Source of the DNA: Acidobacteriota bacterium
GTDB taxonomy: Bacteria; Acidobacteriota; Thermoanaerobaculia; Multivoradales; UBA5704
Length of the DNA stretch: 13,775 bases
NCBI GenBank assembly: GCA_040005235.1
Contig: JBDTZG010000100.1
Coordinates: 1-13,775, forward strand
Reading direction: 5' to 3'
This document shows, piece by piece, positions 1 through 7,738 of this stretch. Numbering within the stretch: the stretch's first letter is position 1; every line of letters begins with the position of its first letter. Below the pieces are notes generated by a model. That model was not told the DNA's origin, did no database searches, and worked only from the letters and a program-made list of their open reading frames with translations. The position numbers and the translations under genes are program-made.

Positions 1-8
1 CATGGTGG

Positions 9-85
9 GGGAGTTTATCCGAGGCGCCGAATGTCTTTGCGGGCTGTAGGCCCGCCAAAGCGTGGGTGGATCGGCGTAAACTCCC
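9..85. promoter_or_regulatory. Symmetric bidirectional promoter/operator region
   Basis: GGGAGTTTA (9-17) and TAAACTCCC (77-85) form a perfect 9-bp inverted repeat, placing a TAAACT -10-like hexamer on each strand, 8-9 nt before an ATG (3..1 on -, 92 on +). An inner imperfect palindrome CTTTGCGGGC (35-44) / GCCCGCCAAAG (50-60) shares the same centre (~47). Confidence 0.45.
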
Positions 86-91
86 GATCCA

Positions 92-904
92 ATGTCCACC
101 TCTGCGTTCGGCGGTTACGAAGGCCTCGGCGTCACGCGGCACGGTGTCTTCGTGTTGCTCGGTGTGGTCGTCGCCACGGTCCTTTACCTGCGCGCTGCGC
201 GGCGGGCGGGCCGGTTGGACGACGACCATCTCGCGGTGCTCGCCGGTGCATTGATCGGCGGGGTGCTGTTCGCGAAGCTCGGGGTGGTCTGGCGGTACCT
301 GGGAGACGGCGCGGGGCATTCGCTCGCGGATCTCGCGTTGCGCGGCGGCCAGAGCGTGCTCGGCGGTTTGGCGGGGGCCTACCTTGGGGCGCTCGGAATC
401 AAGCGCATCCTTGGAATGCGCCGCTCGACCGGCGAGCTTTTCGCGGCGCCCGTGGCGCTCGGAATCGCGATCGGCCGGGTCGGCTGCCTCCTCACCGAGC
501 TTCCGGGCCGGCCGGCGGATCTGCCGTGGAGCGTTACGGTCGACGCGGCGCGGGCGGCTTCGATCCCGGGCTTTCCCGTGGCTTGGATCGGCCGGCCGCT
601 CCATCCGTCGTTCGCCTATGAGATCGCGTTTCACCTTGCGGCGTTCGTGTTGCTGCTTCGGCTGGCGCGCGATCGGGAATGGGCGCCCGATCTGTTCAAG
701 GTCTATCTGGCGATCTATGCGCCGGTTCGATTCCTGTTGGAATGGACCCGCGCGAATCCGCCTATCGCATTGGGCCTGTCGGGCTCGCAATGGTTTCTAA
801 TCCCGTCGATGATCCTGCTCGGCGGCTGGTGGTGGCGGCGCTTCCAGCGCCCTCAAGTTCTCAGATTGATTGCCATCGAGGCAGTGGGGGAGAGAAGATC
901 ATGA
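92..904 (+). CDS. Prolipoprotein diacylglyceryl transferase (Lgt) family protein, divergent paralog, 270 aa
   Basis: Multi-pass hydrophobic protein with Lgt motifs in order: GGQSVLGG (cf. GGMSFHGG), IGRVGC..E..G, LPW, HPSFAYE, RFLLEWTR, GLSGSQW. Its stop overlaps the next start (ATGA 901-904). Confidence 0.88.
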   Translation: MSTSAFGGYEGLGVTRHGVFVLLGVVVATVLYLRAARRAGRLDDDHLAVLAGALIGGVLFAKLGVVWRYLGDGAGHSLADLALRGGQSVLGGLAGAYLGALGIKRILGMRRSTGELFAAPVALGIAIGRVGCLLTELPGRPADLPWSVTVDAARAASIPGFPVAWIGRPLHPSFAYEIAFHLAAFVLLLRLARDREWAPDLFKVYLAIYAPVRFLLEWTRANPPIALGLSGSQWFLIPSMILLGGWWWRRFQRPQVLRLIAIEAVGERRS

Positions 905-1326
905 CGACCGAAGAGACGCCGGGCGGGCTGCCGAATCGTCCGCCAATTGACCTGCAGGATCCGCCGCAGAACATCCCGCCGAGCGACCCGGCGGTCCACC
1001 CTCCGGGGATTCTGCCCCCTTTGCCGGAGCGGCGTGCCTGGCCCTGGGCGCTTCTGTTGGCCATTGCTCATCAAGCGGCTACGGGGTTGGGCTTCGCTGC
1101 GCTGAACAGCAACCAAGAGGTGCTCAACCTGTTCTTCTTTCTCATGGTCGGGCTCGTCCCTCTCGCCTTTATTCTCGGGCTCGTGCTGATTGCGCGTAAA
1201 CGCTCTTTTCCGGGACGGGTCTTGATGTTTGGAGCGCTCTATTCCGTTGCGCTCGTCGCGCTGGAGCTCGCTGTCGCCGCGGGGGTATGCATCTTCGCGT
1301 TCTCGAAGCCCGGATCTTTTCACTGA
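901..1326 (+). CDS. Small membrane protein, 141 aa: Pro-rich N-tail, ~3 TM helices, single Cys in the last helix (AAGVC)
   Basis: 3' part of ORF 679..1326. ATG at 901 overlaps the upstream stop and follows a purine-rich GGGGGAGAG. Its stop overlaps the next start (TGATG 1324-1328). Confidence 0.8.
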   Translation: MTTEETPGGLPNRPPIDLQDPPQNIPPSDPAVHPPGILPPLPERRAWPWALLLAIAHQAATGLGFAALNSNQEVLNLFFFLMVGLVPLAFILGLVLIARKRSFPGRVLMFGALYSVALVALELAVAAGVCIFAFSKPGSFH

Positions 1327-2894
1327 TGGCAACCGCACCCTCCGGCATGCCGCTCCGCGGCGATCGGCTCCACCGCTACGTCACGGCGTTCTGCCCGCAT
1401 TGCCACGTCGAGCAGCCCGACCGGCCGCTCGCGCAGGTCCGCCGTTTGGCCGGCTACCTCGCGGAAGAGGACGGCCGGATTTACTTGATTCGCGGCTGCC
1501 CGGAGCACGGTAGGGTGCGCACGCTCTACGACGAGTCAGCCGAGATCCTCCGCTGGCTGGAGGAGTGGACCGCGCCGACCAAGCGCCACACCCCCGACCG
1601 GCCGGGCAATTACGATCCGATCCCTTCGGCCTACCTGCGCGGCCTGCCGGAGCTGCAGACCCAGCACACCTGCATTCTGCTCGAAGACGTCGAGCTCTCC
1701 TGCAACCTGTGCTGCCCGAATTGCTTCGCCGCCAGCTCGCCGCAGCTCCAGGGAGTGGTGCCGATCGACGAGGTGCTCGCCAACGTCGATGCCCGCCTGG
1801 CGCGCGAGGGGGGCCGGCTCGACGTCGTGATGCTCTCGGGGGGAGAACCCACGCTCCACCCGCAGCTTCTCCCGCTGCTTTCCGGCCTGCTCGCCCGGCC
1901 GATCGGCCGTATTTTGCTCAACTCGAACGGCATCGCGATCGCGCAGGACGACGCGTTGGTCGCGTTCCTCGAAAAGAATCACAAGCAGATCGAGGTCTAC
2001 CTTCAGTTCGACGGCCTTCGCGCCGAGACCCACCGCTACCACCGCGGCGCGGACTTGGGAAAGATCAAGGCGCGCGCGATCGAGCGGCTTTCTAAAGCCG
2101 GGGTATTTACGACGCTCACCATGACTGCCACGCTTGGGGTGAACGACGATGAGATCGGCGACGTGCTCCGGGTGGCGCTCGACACGCCGTTCGTCGGCGG
2201 CGTCTCGATCCAGCCGCAATTCGGCAGCGGCCGATCGACCCAGATCGATCCGCTCGATCGTCTGACCCACACGGGCACCCTCGCGCGTCTGGGACCACAG
2301 ACCGACGGCCTGGTCACCTGGCGCGATTTGACGGCGCTGCCGTGCAGCCATCCCCACTGTTGCAGCATCGGCTACCTGCTGCGCACGGATTCGGGCGACT
2401 GGCGTTCGCTCACTTCGATCGTCGGCGTCGAGACCCTCCGTTCGCACCTGGGGCTCGTAAGCAATCGGATCGTCGACCCGGAGCTGTCGGCCGAGCTGCG
2501 CAAGCTGGTCAAAGAAGCGTTTCTCGGCCTGTTCTCCGAATCGAGCTCGCTCGCCCAACCGGGGATCGGCGCGCTGTTCCGCGACGTCTGCACCGCCTGC
2601 GATCTCGGCCTGTCCACTCTTTCGCGCCTGGCGGGCGAAGCGCTCACCGGTCGCGGCGAGGCGTTCCGCCGGCTGGTCGGCGACCGGATCAAACGGATCA
2701 CGATCAAGCCGTTCATGGACATGAACACGATGATCGAAGAGCGCCTGATCCAATGTTGCGTTCACGTCGGAGCGGTGGGGGAGGATGCCGAGCACCAATG
2801 CGTGCCGTTCTGCGCCATCCAGGCCTGGAATCCGCTCAGCCGGACCAAGCTCGCGGAGCGCGCGGGGGCGCAACGAAAGGCCGCGCTGGCATGA
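1326..2894 (+). CDS. Radical SAM enzyme, Tes/GDGT-MAS (MJ0619)-like family, 522 aa
   Basis: N-terminal CPHC (1392) and CPEHG (1497) metal site; HTC; CxxxCxxC as CNLCCPNC (1701-1724); SGGEPTLHP; LNSNG; VYLQFDG; GVNDDEIG; CSHPHCC (2343-2363); C-terminal QCCVH and VPFC (2751-2813). Start placed at 1326 by TGATG coupling. Confidence 0.88.
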   Translation: MATAPSGMPLRGDRLHRYVTAFCPHCHVEQPDRPLAQVRRLAGYLAEEDGRIYLIRGCPEHGRVRTLYDESAEILRWLEEWTAPTKRHTPDRPGNYDPIPSAYLRGLPELQTQHTCILLEDVELSCNLCCPNCFAASSPQLQGVVPIDEVLANVDARLAREGGRLDVVMLSGGEPTLHPQLLPLLSGLLARPIGRILLNSNGIAIAQDDALVAFLEKNHKQIEVYLQFDGLRAETHRYHRGADLGKIKARAIERLSKAGVFTTLTMTATLGVNDDEIGDVLRVALDTPFVGGVSIQPQFGSGRSTQIDPLDRLTHTGTLARLGPQTDGLVTWRDLTALPCSHPHCCSIGYLLRTDSGDWRSLTSIVGVETLRSHLGLVSNRIVDPELSAELRKLVKEAFLGLFSESSSLAQPGIGALFRDVCTACDLGLSTLSRLAGEALTGRGEAFRRLVGDRIKRITIKPFMDMNTMIEERLIQCCVHVGAVGEDAEHQCVPFCAIQAWNPLSRTKLAERAGAQRKAALA

Positions 2895-3301
2895 GTGATT
2901 CGAACGAAGTCCCCTCTCCAATGGAGAACGAAATCAACCCGGCGCTGGCCGCTGCGCGCCGGGCGCGGGAAGAGCAGGCGCTCCGCGCGATCGAGCCGCC
3001 GCTGCGACCCCCGGCGGCCCCGCCCGGCGCCACGCCGCTGATCGAAGACCCGTTCCGCCTCTGCACCTACGCGACGCTGGTCGCCCTTGCCTGGCTGTTC
3101 AGCCCGCCGGTCGTCCTCGCGATTTGCGCGATTCTCGGTTTCGTCGCCTATGCCAAGGCGCTCCGCGCCGGGCTTAAACGCAGCCGCTGTCTGCTGCGCG
3201 ATACGCGGTTGACGCTGGTCTATCTGGGGGTTCTCGCGGTGATGGCGTTGACCGTGATCGGCCTTCGGGTTGCGGAATCGTGTGGCTGGCGTGTTCCGTA
3301 G
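2891..3301 (+). CDS. Small membrane protein, 136 aa, Pro/Ala-rich N-tail, DPFRLC and RSRCLLRDTRL motifs
   Basis: 3' part of ORF 2342..3301. ATGA overlap with the radical SAM stop (2891-2894); about three hydrophobic segments. Confidence 0.8.
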   Translation: MSDSNEVPSPMENEINPALAAARRAREEQALRAIEPPLRPPAAPPGATPLIEDPFRLCTYATLVALAWLFSPPVVLAICAILGFVAYAKALRAGLKRSRCLLRDTRLTLVYLGVLAVMALTVIGLRVAESCGWRVP

Positions 3302-3317
3302 GGACGCGGGCTTTCGC

Positions 3318-5318
3318 TCATTTGGCCACCTTGCGCTCCCGCACCGCGCTCACCCAGACGTAGACGCAAAGCGCGAGGAAGAGCAGCGCCGAGACGGACT
3401 GCGATACCGGATCGTTGTCATAGAACGGCAGCTTGATCTTGTCCTCCGAATACCAGGGGAACAAGCGGAACGCCGCGCCGAACACGCCGCCGAGGGCACC
3501 TCCCGCCATCAGACCCGAGGCGATGATCACGCCTCGCTCGCGCATCGACCGACCGCTCTCGCCGCCCACGCTGCGCGAGCGCTTCTCGATGAAGTGGGCG
3601 AGGAAGCCGCCGACCAGGGCGGGGGAGTTCAGCTCCAACGGCAGGTACATGCCCAGGGCGAAGATCAGCGCCGGGACGCCGAGCATCTCCATCGCGAGCG
3701 CGATCATCGCGCCCGCGCCGAACAGGATGTAGGCGATCGGCTGGTGGCTCATGAAGCCTTCGACCAGCGCTTTCATGATCGAGGCCTGCGGCGAGACGAG
3801 CACTTGGCGCGGATCGCCCGGTATCGCCTCGCCGAACTGGAACGCCTTGGCGAGCAGCATGATGGTGAGCGCAACGGTGATCGCCGAGACGAACACGCCT
3901 AAGAACTTCACCTTCTCCTGGGTGGCGGGAGTCGAGCCGAGCCAGTAGCCGGTTTTCAAGTCGGTGATCGTCTGCCCCGAGACCGAAAGCGCGGTGCAGA
4001 CGACGCCCGCGATCGCCATGACGAAGAACATGCCGGTGGTGCCGGTGAGGCCGAAGCGGAGCAGCACGACGGAGGAGATGATGATCGTCAGCATGGTCAT
4101 GCCGGAGACCGGATTCCGCGCCGTGGTGGCGATCGCGTTGGCCGCCACCGAGGCGAAGAAGAACGAAAAGAGAAGCGTGAGCCCAAGGCCGATCACCACG
4201 ACCAGCAGCGAGGCCCCTAGCGAGTTGAAGAAGATCCCCGCGGCAAGAGCCGAGACGATCACTCCGGCAAGCATGATCCCCACCGAGATGTCGCGGTCGG
4301 TGCGCTCCTGGCTCGCATCTTCGCCCTTCCTAAACGCGCGGGCCGCGATCGAGAACGAGCCGACCACGATCGGCAGCGATTTGATGATTCCGATGATTCC
4401 CGCGGTCGCGATCGCGCCGACCCCGATGAACCGCACGTAGCCGCGGAAGATCTCGTTGGCGGACATCTCGGCGATCGCCTTGGTCCCCGGATAGACCACG
4501 TCGGGGAAATGGCGGCCGATCATCCAGATCAACGGCACCAGCACCAGGTTGGACACCACGCCCCCGGCGCACAGGATCATCGAGGAGCGCAGGCCCATCA
4601 CGTAGCCGAGGCCGAGGATGAACGCGATCGCGTCGAACCGAAGCACCGCCTTGGCCTTGTCGCCGATCGATTTCACCACCCCGATGAACTGGAAGTCGAG
4701 GGTCTCCTTCCACACCTGAAAGGTGGTGACGAAGAAGTCATAGACCGCGGCGATTCCCGTCGCCTGGAGCAGCAGCGCCGCCTGCGATCCCCCCTTCTCT
4801 CCCGTCACCAGCACCTCGGTGATGGCGGTTGCCTCCGGGTAGGGGAATTTGCCGTGCATCTCGTGCACGAAATATCGACGCAGGGGAATCAAGAACAACA
4901 CGCCGAGCGCGCCGCCGGCCAGGCAGATGAACGTCGTCTGCACCGGATGGGGGTCGAGATTCAAGATATAGAGGGCGGGCAGGGTGAAAATCGCGCCCGC
5001 GACCATCGCGCCCGAGGTGCCGCCGATGCCCGACATGATGACGTTTTCGAGCACCGTCGACCGCCGCGAATAGACCCGCGCCAAGCCGATCGCCAGAATC
5101 GAGATGGGGATCGACGCCTCCATCACCTGGCCGACCTTCAACCCCGAATACGCCGAGGCGACGGTAAACAAGATACAGAGCGCCAGGCCCCAGCCGACCG
5201 ACCGCCAGGTCGCCTCCGGCGGAGCCGAGGTCGCGGGAACCATCGGCGCATACGTCTCGCCGGGGGCGAGCGGTAGGTAGGCGTTCTCCGGAAGAGACTT
5301 CGATTCGGGAGCGTCCAT
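3318..5318 (-). CDS. OPT-family oligopeptide transporter, 666 aa
   Basis: YSGLKVG, SIPISIL, ENVI, IFTLPAL, IPLRRYF, YPEATA, NPVSGMT, DLKTGYWLGSTP, GMYLPL and IASGLMAGG motifs; many TM helices. Start MDAPES at 5318 has a strong RBS (AGAGGAGG). The longer ORF extension to 5795 overlaps the next gene. Confidence 0.95.
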   Translation of the reverse strand: MDAPESKSLPENAYLPLAPGETYAPMVPATSAPPEATWRSVGWGLALCILFTVASAYSGLKVGQVMEASIPISILAIGLARVYSRRSTVLENVIMSGIGGTSGAMVAGAIFTLPALYILNLDPHPVQTTFICLAGGALGVLFLIPLRRYFVHEMHGKFPYPEATAITEVLVTGEKGGSQAALLLQATGIAAVYDFFVTTFQVWKETLDFQFIGVVKSIGDKAKAVLRFDAIAFILGLGYVMGLRSSMILCAGGVVSNLVLVPLIWMIGRHFPDVVYPGTKAIAEMSANEIFRGYVRFIGVGAIATAGIIGIIKSLPIVVGSFSIAARAFRKGEDASQERTDRDISVGIMLAGVIVSALAAGIFFNSLGASLLVVVIGLGLTLLFSFFFASVAANAIATTARNPVSGMTMLTIIISSVVLLRFGLTGTTGMFFVMAIAGVVCTALSVSGQTITDLKTGYWLGSTPATQEKVKFLGVFVSAITVALTIMLLAKAFQFGEAIPGDPRQVLVSPQASIMKALVEGFMSHQPIAYILFGAGAMIALAMEMLGVPALIFALGMYLPLELNSPALVGGFLAHFIEKRSRSVGGESGRSMRERGVIIASGLMAGGALGGVFGAAFRLFPWYSEDKIKLPFYDNDPVSQSVSALLFLALCVYVWVSAVRERKVAK

Positions 5319-5459
5319 CCGTCCTCCTCTTCGATTCTGGGGTCTAAAGTCGCGACAGTGTAACCCAGGCGGCCGGGAGCGAGGCCGCCGGCCGGAAACG
5401 AAAGAAGTGTGTGTCTGGTCAAGCTTCAGTGCTTTCTCGCAGGTATGATGAGAGCGCCA

Positions 5460-7727
5460 ATGTGCAATCACGTCTACACCGCGAACTACAAGAGGCTGCC
5501 CGCTACGTTGGGCGTCAACTGCCCGGTCGCTGCGCTCTACGAGAAAGCGCAAGCGACCGGGCCGGTCGGGCCTTTGTCGGTTCTTCCGATTGACGCCCAC
5601 GGCCTGTGCCTCTTCCATAGCCGGGAGGTCGAGTGGAAGCGGGACCACGACTTCGAGGGGCACTTCCTTCAACTCGTGCGGATATACGAAGCGGTGCCCG
5701 AGGCCAAGTACTACGATTTTGCGGAATTCGCCTTCGTCGGCGGTCGCACCCGGCCTTTCGCGCTTCGGGTCGCCGATACGGTCTTTCTCCGGCAAGCCTT
5801 TTTCGTGGCGGCCTCATTCCTCGAACCGCTCATTCTCGAAGGAGTCGAGTTTCGGGACGGCGCCGATTTCCGCCAAGCCATTTTCGTCGGCGATTTGCGG
5901 GTCGCCAAGGCTCGCTTCGGCGGCCTCACTCTGAGTGGCGCCGAGCTCCGACGGCTTGCTTGGTTCACCCAGGTTGAGATCGTGAGCTTCGCAGTCTTGG
6001 ACAACGCGAAATTCACCGGCACGGCACTCGGTTCCGTGGTCAAGTTTGAGGACTCGCGGTTTGACGCGATCACCGATTTCTCAGGGGCGATTTTTGCCCT
6101 TGGAGGTGAATCGACGGCGATGTTTCTGCGGACTCGATTCGAGAATTCCGTGGACTTTACCCGCTCCCGGTTCCATTGCCAGGTCGTTTTCCAAGAAGTT
6201 ACCTTTGCGGATTCTGCCGAATTTATCGATACCTTGTTCGATGCCGTCAATTCCTCGGCACGATACGTAGGCGGTGCGGTCGAGTTCAACCAAATCGAGG
6301 TCACGGCGCGTTCGGTCCTGCGGTTCGAGAGCACCGATCCCCAGCAGAAACTCTTTCACCACAGCGTACAAATGAGCTTCAAAGAGACCCCGGCCGGGCT
6401 GATCCGCTTCGAGAACGCCAACTTCAGGAATCTGAGCGCGGCTTCCCAGGATCGCCTGAAAGCGCTCGCCCGGTTGGGCTTTGTCGAGATCGGCTCGGGC
6501 TGCATCAAGTACCGGTTTCAGACCCCGATCACGAAGATCGATCTTGGCGAAGGCAATACTCCCCTGATCATCAAGTTGTGCGAGACCTTCACGAGTTATT
6601 TCACGGTGAGCAATGGGCTCAATCTGGGGTTTGAGATTGTGGAGCGGACCCCCACCGCGGTCCACTATTTCTTCTTTACGGACGAGGACATCTCCGAGGC
6701 GACTTTTGAAGAGCGCTTGGCGCAAACGGCGCAGCAGATGTGGAGCCTGCTTTCGGTCCGTTCCGAGGAGCAGCTCCTGGCGCTCGAAGCGCCGTCTGCG
6801 CTCGTGCCTCCAGCGGAAAAGGAGAATGCGACAATCCACGCCGTCGATTGCGTGACAGCTTTGATGGGGCTCCTCTTCGGCGTAGGAATCCGGATCGCCT
6901 GCGGGAAATGGAAAGAAGCCGATACCCGCGCCCTACGACGCACCGTCCTTTTCAAAGAGGAAGGCCCGGAGATTGCCCAGGGGCTTCATCGCGTTTTGGT
7001 GGACAGGTATACGGGGGCCTCTCTCTTTCATATCAGCGGTCAGCAGAATGCGGGGCTGCCGTCCAAGCTCATTGAGCCGCCCGCGCCGAGAGCTACTCCT
7101 CGGCTGCTCTTCGTTGCTGTTGACACAAATCGGAGAGATCGCCTACGCCTCGATTTCGAAGTGAAGGCCGTTGAAGAGGCTCTGCGATCGGCGGGCCATG
7201 AGGATCTCGTCGCGCTCGAACATTGTTGGGCGGCGACGCTCCTGGACCTGCAGCACGCGCTGCTGAGGTATCGACCGGCCCTGCTGCATTTCAGCGGTCA
7301 TGGAACCCCTTCCGGGGAACTGGTGATGGAGAGGGACTCGCAGGTCCCCGCCGAAAGCCGCCGCCCTGAAACCCACGACTCGCGCCCCGCCGAGACACTG
7401 GCTCGCATGCTCGGAGCCATAGAGGGCTCCCAAGTTCGATGCGTAGTCCTGAACGCCTGCTTCTCTGAAGTCCAAGCCGCCGGGGTTGCCCAACACGCTG
7501 ATTGCGTCATCGGCCTTTCCGCCGAGGTCCGAGATTCGGCGGCGATCGAATTCGCACGCGGGTTTTACAGCGCGCTAGCTTTTGGGCAAAGTGTCCAGGC
7601 GGCTTTCGACCTGGGGGTCGCCGATGTGAAATCCCAGAACGATGCCGGGCTGTATCGGCTCATCTCGACCAAAGCGGACCCGCGGACGGTTAAGTTAGTT
7701 GAGGTCGGCGAACGAAAGCCCGGCTGA
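5460..7727 (+). CDS. Pentapeptide-repeat protein with C-terminal CHAT (caspase-like) domain, ~755 aa
   Basis: N-terminal Cys/His motif (CNH...CPV...CLFH); repeats such as ADFRQAIF, TDFSGAIF, VDFTRSRF, AEFIDTLF; C-terminal LRLDFEV, LLHFSGHG, VVLNACFS, AAIEFARGFYSAL. Start uncertain (5445, 5448 or 5460); TATGAT at 5444-5449 favours 5460. Confidence 0.85.
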   Translation: MCNHVYTANYKRLPATLGVNCPVAALYEKAQATGPVGPLSVLPIDAHGLCLFHSREVEWKRDHDFEGHFLQLVRIYEAVPEAKYYDFAEFAFVGGRTRPFALRVADTVFLRQAFFVAASFLEPLILEGVEFRDGADFRQAIFVGDLRVAKARFGGLTLSGAELRRLAWFTQVEIVSFAVLDNAKFTGTALGSVVKFEDSRFDAITDFSGAIFALGGESTAMFLRTRFENSVDFTRSRFHCQVVFQEVTFADSAEFIDTLFDAVNSSARYVGGAVEFNQIEVTARSVLRFESTDPQQKLFHHSVQMSFKETPAGLIRFENANFRNLSAASQDRLKALARLGFVEIGSGCIKYRFQTPITKIDLGEGNTPLIIKLCETFTSYFTVSNGLNLGFEIVERTPTAVHYFFFTDEDISEATFEERLAQTAQQMWSLLSVRSEEQLLALEAPSALVPPAEKENATIHAVDCVTALMGLLFGVGIRIACGKWKEADTRALRRTVLFKEEGPEIAQGLHRVLVDRYTGASLFHISGQQNAGLPSKLIEPPAPRATPRLLFVAVDTNRRDRLRLDFEVKAVEEALRSAGHEDLVALEHCWAATLLDLQHALLRYRPALLHFSGHGTPSGELVMERDSQVPAESRRPETHDSRPAETLARMLGAIEGSQVRCVVLNACFSEVQAAGVAQHADCVIGLSAEVRDSAAIEFARGFYSALAFGQSVQAAFDLGVADVKSQNDAGLYRLISTKADPRTVKLVEVGERKPG

Positions 7728-7738
7728 TTCGGTCCAGC

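Noticed and set aside
1326-2894. Radical SAM as RiPP maturase (SPASM) or MoaA
   Set aside because: No SPASM/Twitch Cys pattern, no short precursor peptide and no MoaA C-terminal GG; motifs fit the MJ0619/Tes type.
1536-2921. 461-aa antisense ORF, and similar long shadow ORFs (3270-3902, 4509-5276, 6081-6839, 8037-8786, 12353-13510, 13099-13659)
   Set aside because: They overlap well-supported genes, mostly have Arg/Ala/Gly-rich composition and show no motifs; typical high-GC shadow frames.
5319-5795. 159-aa N-terminal extension of the OPT ORF
   Set aside because: Overlaps the divergent gene; the strong RBS and family-like N-terminus are at 5318.
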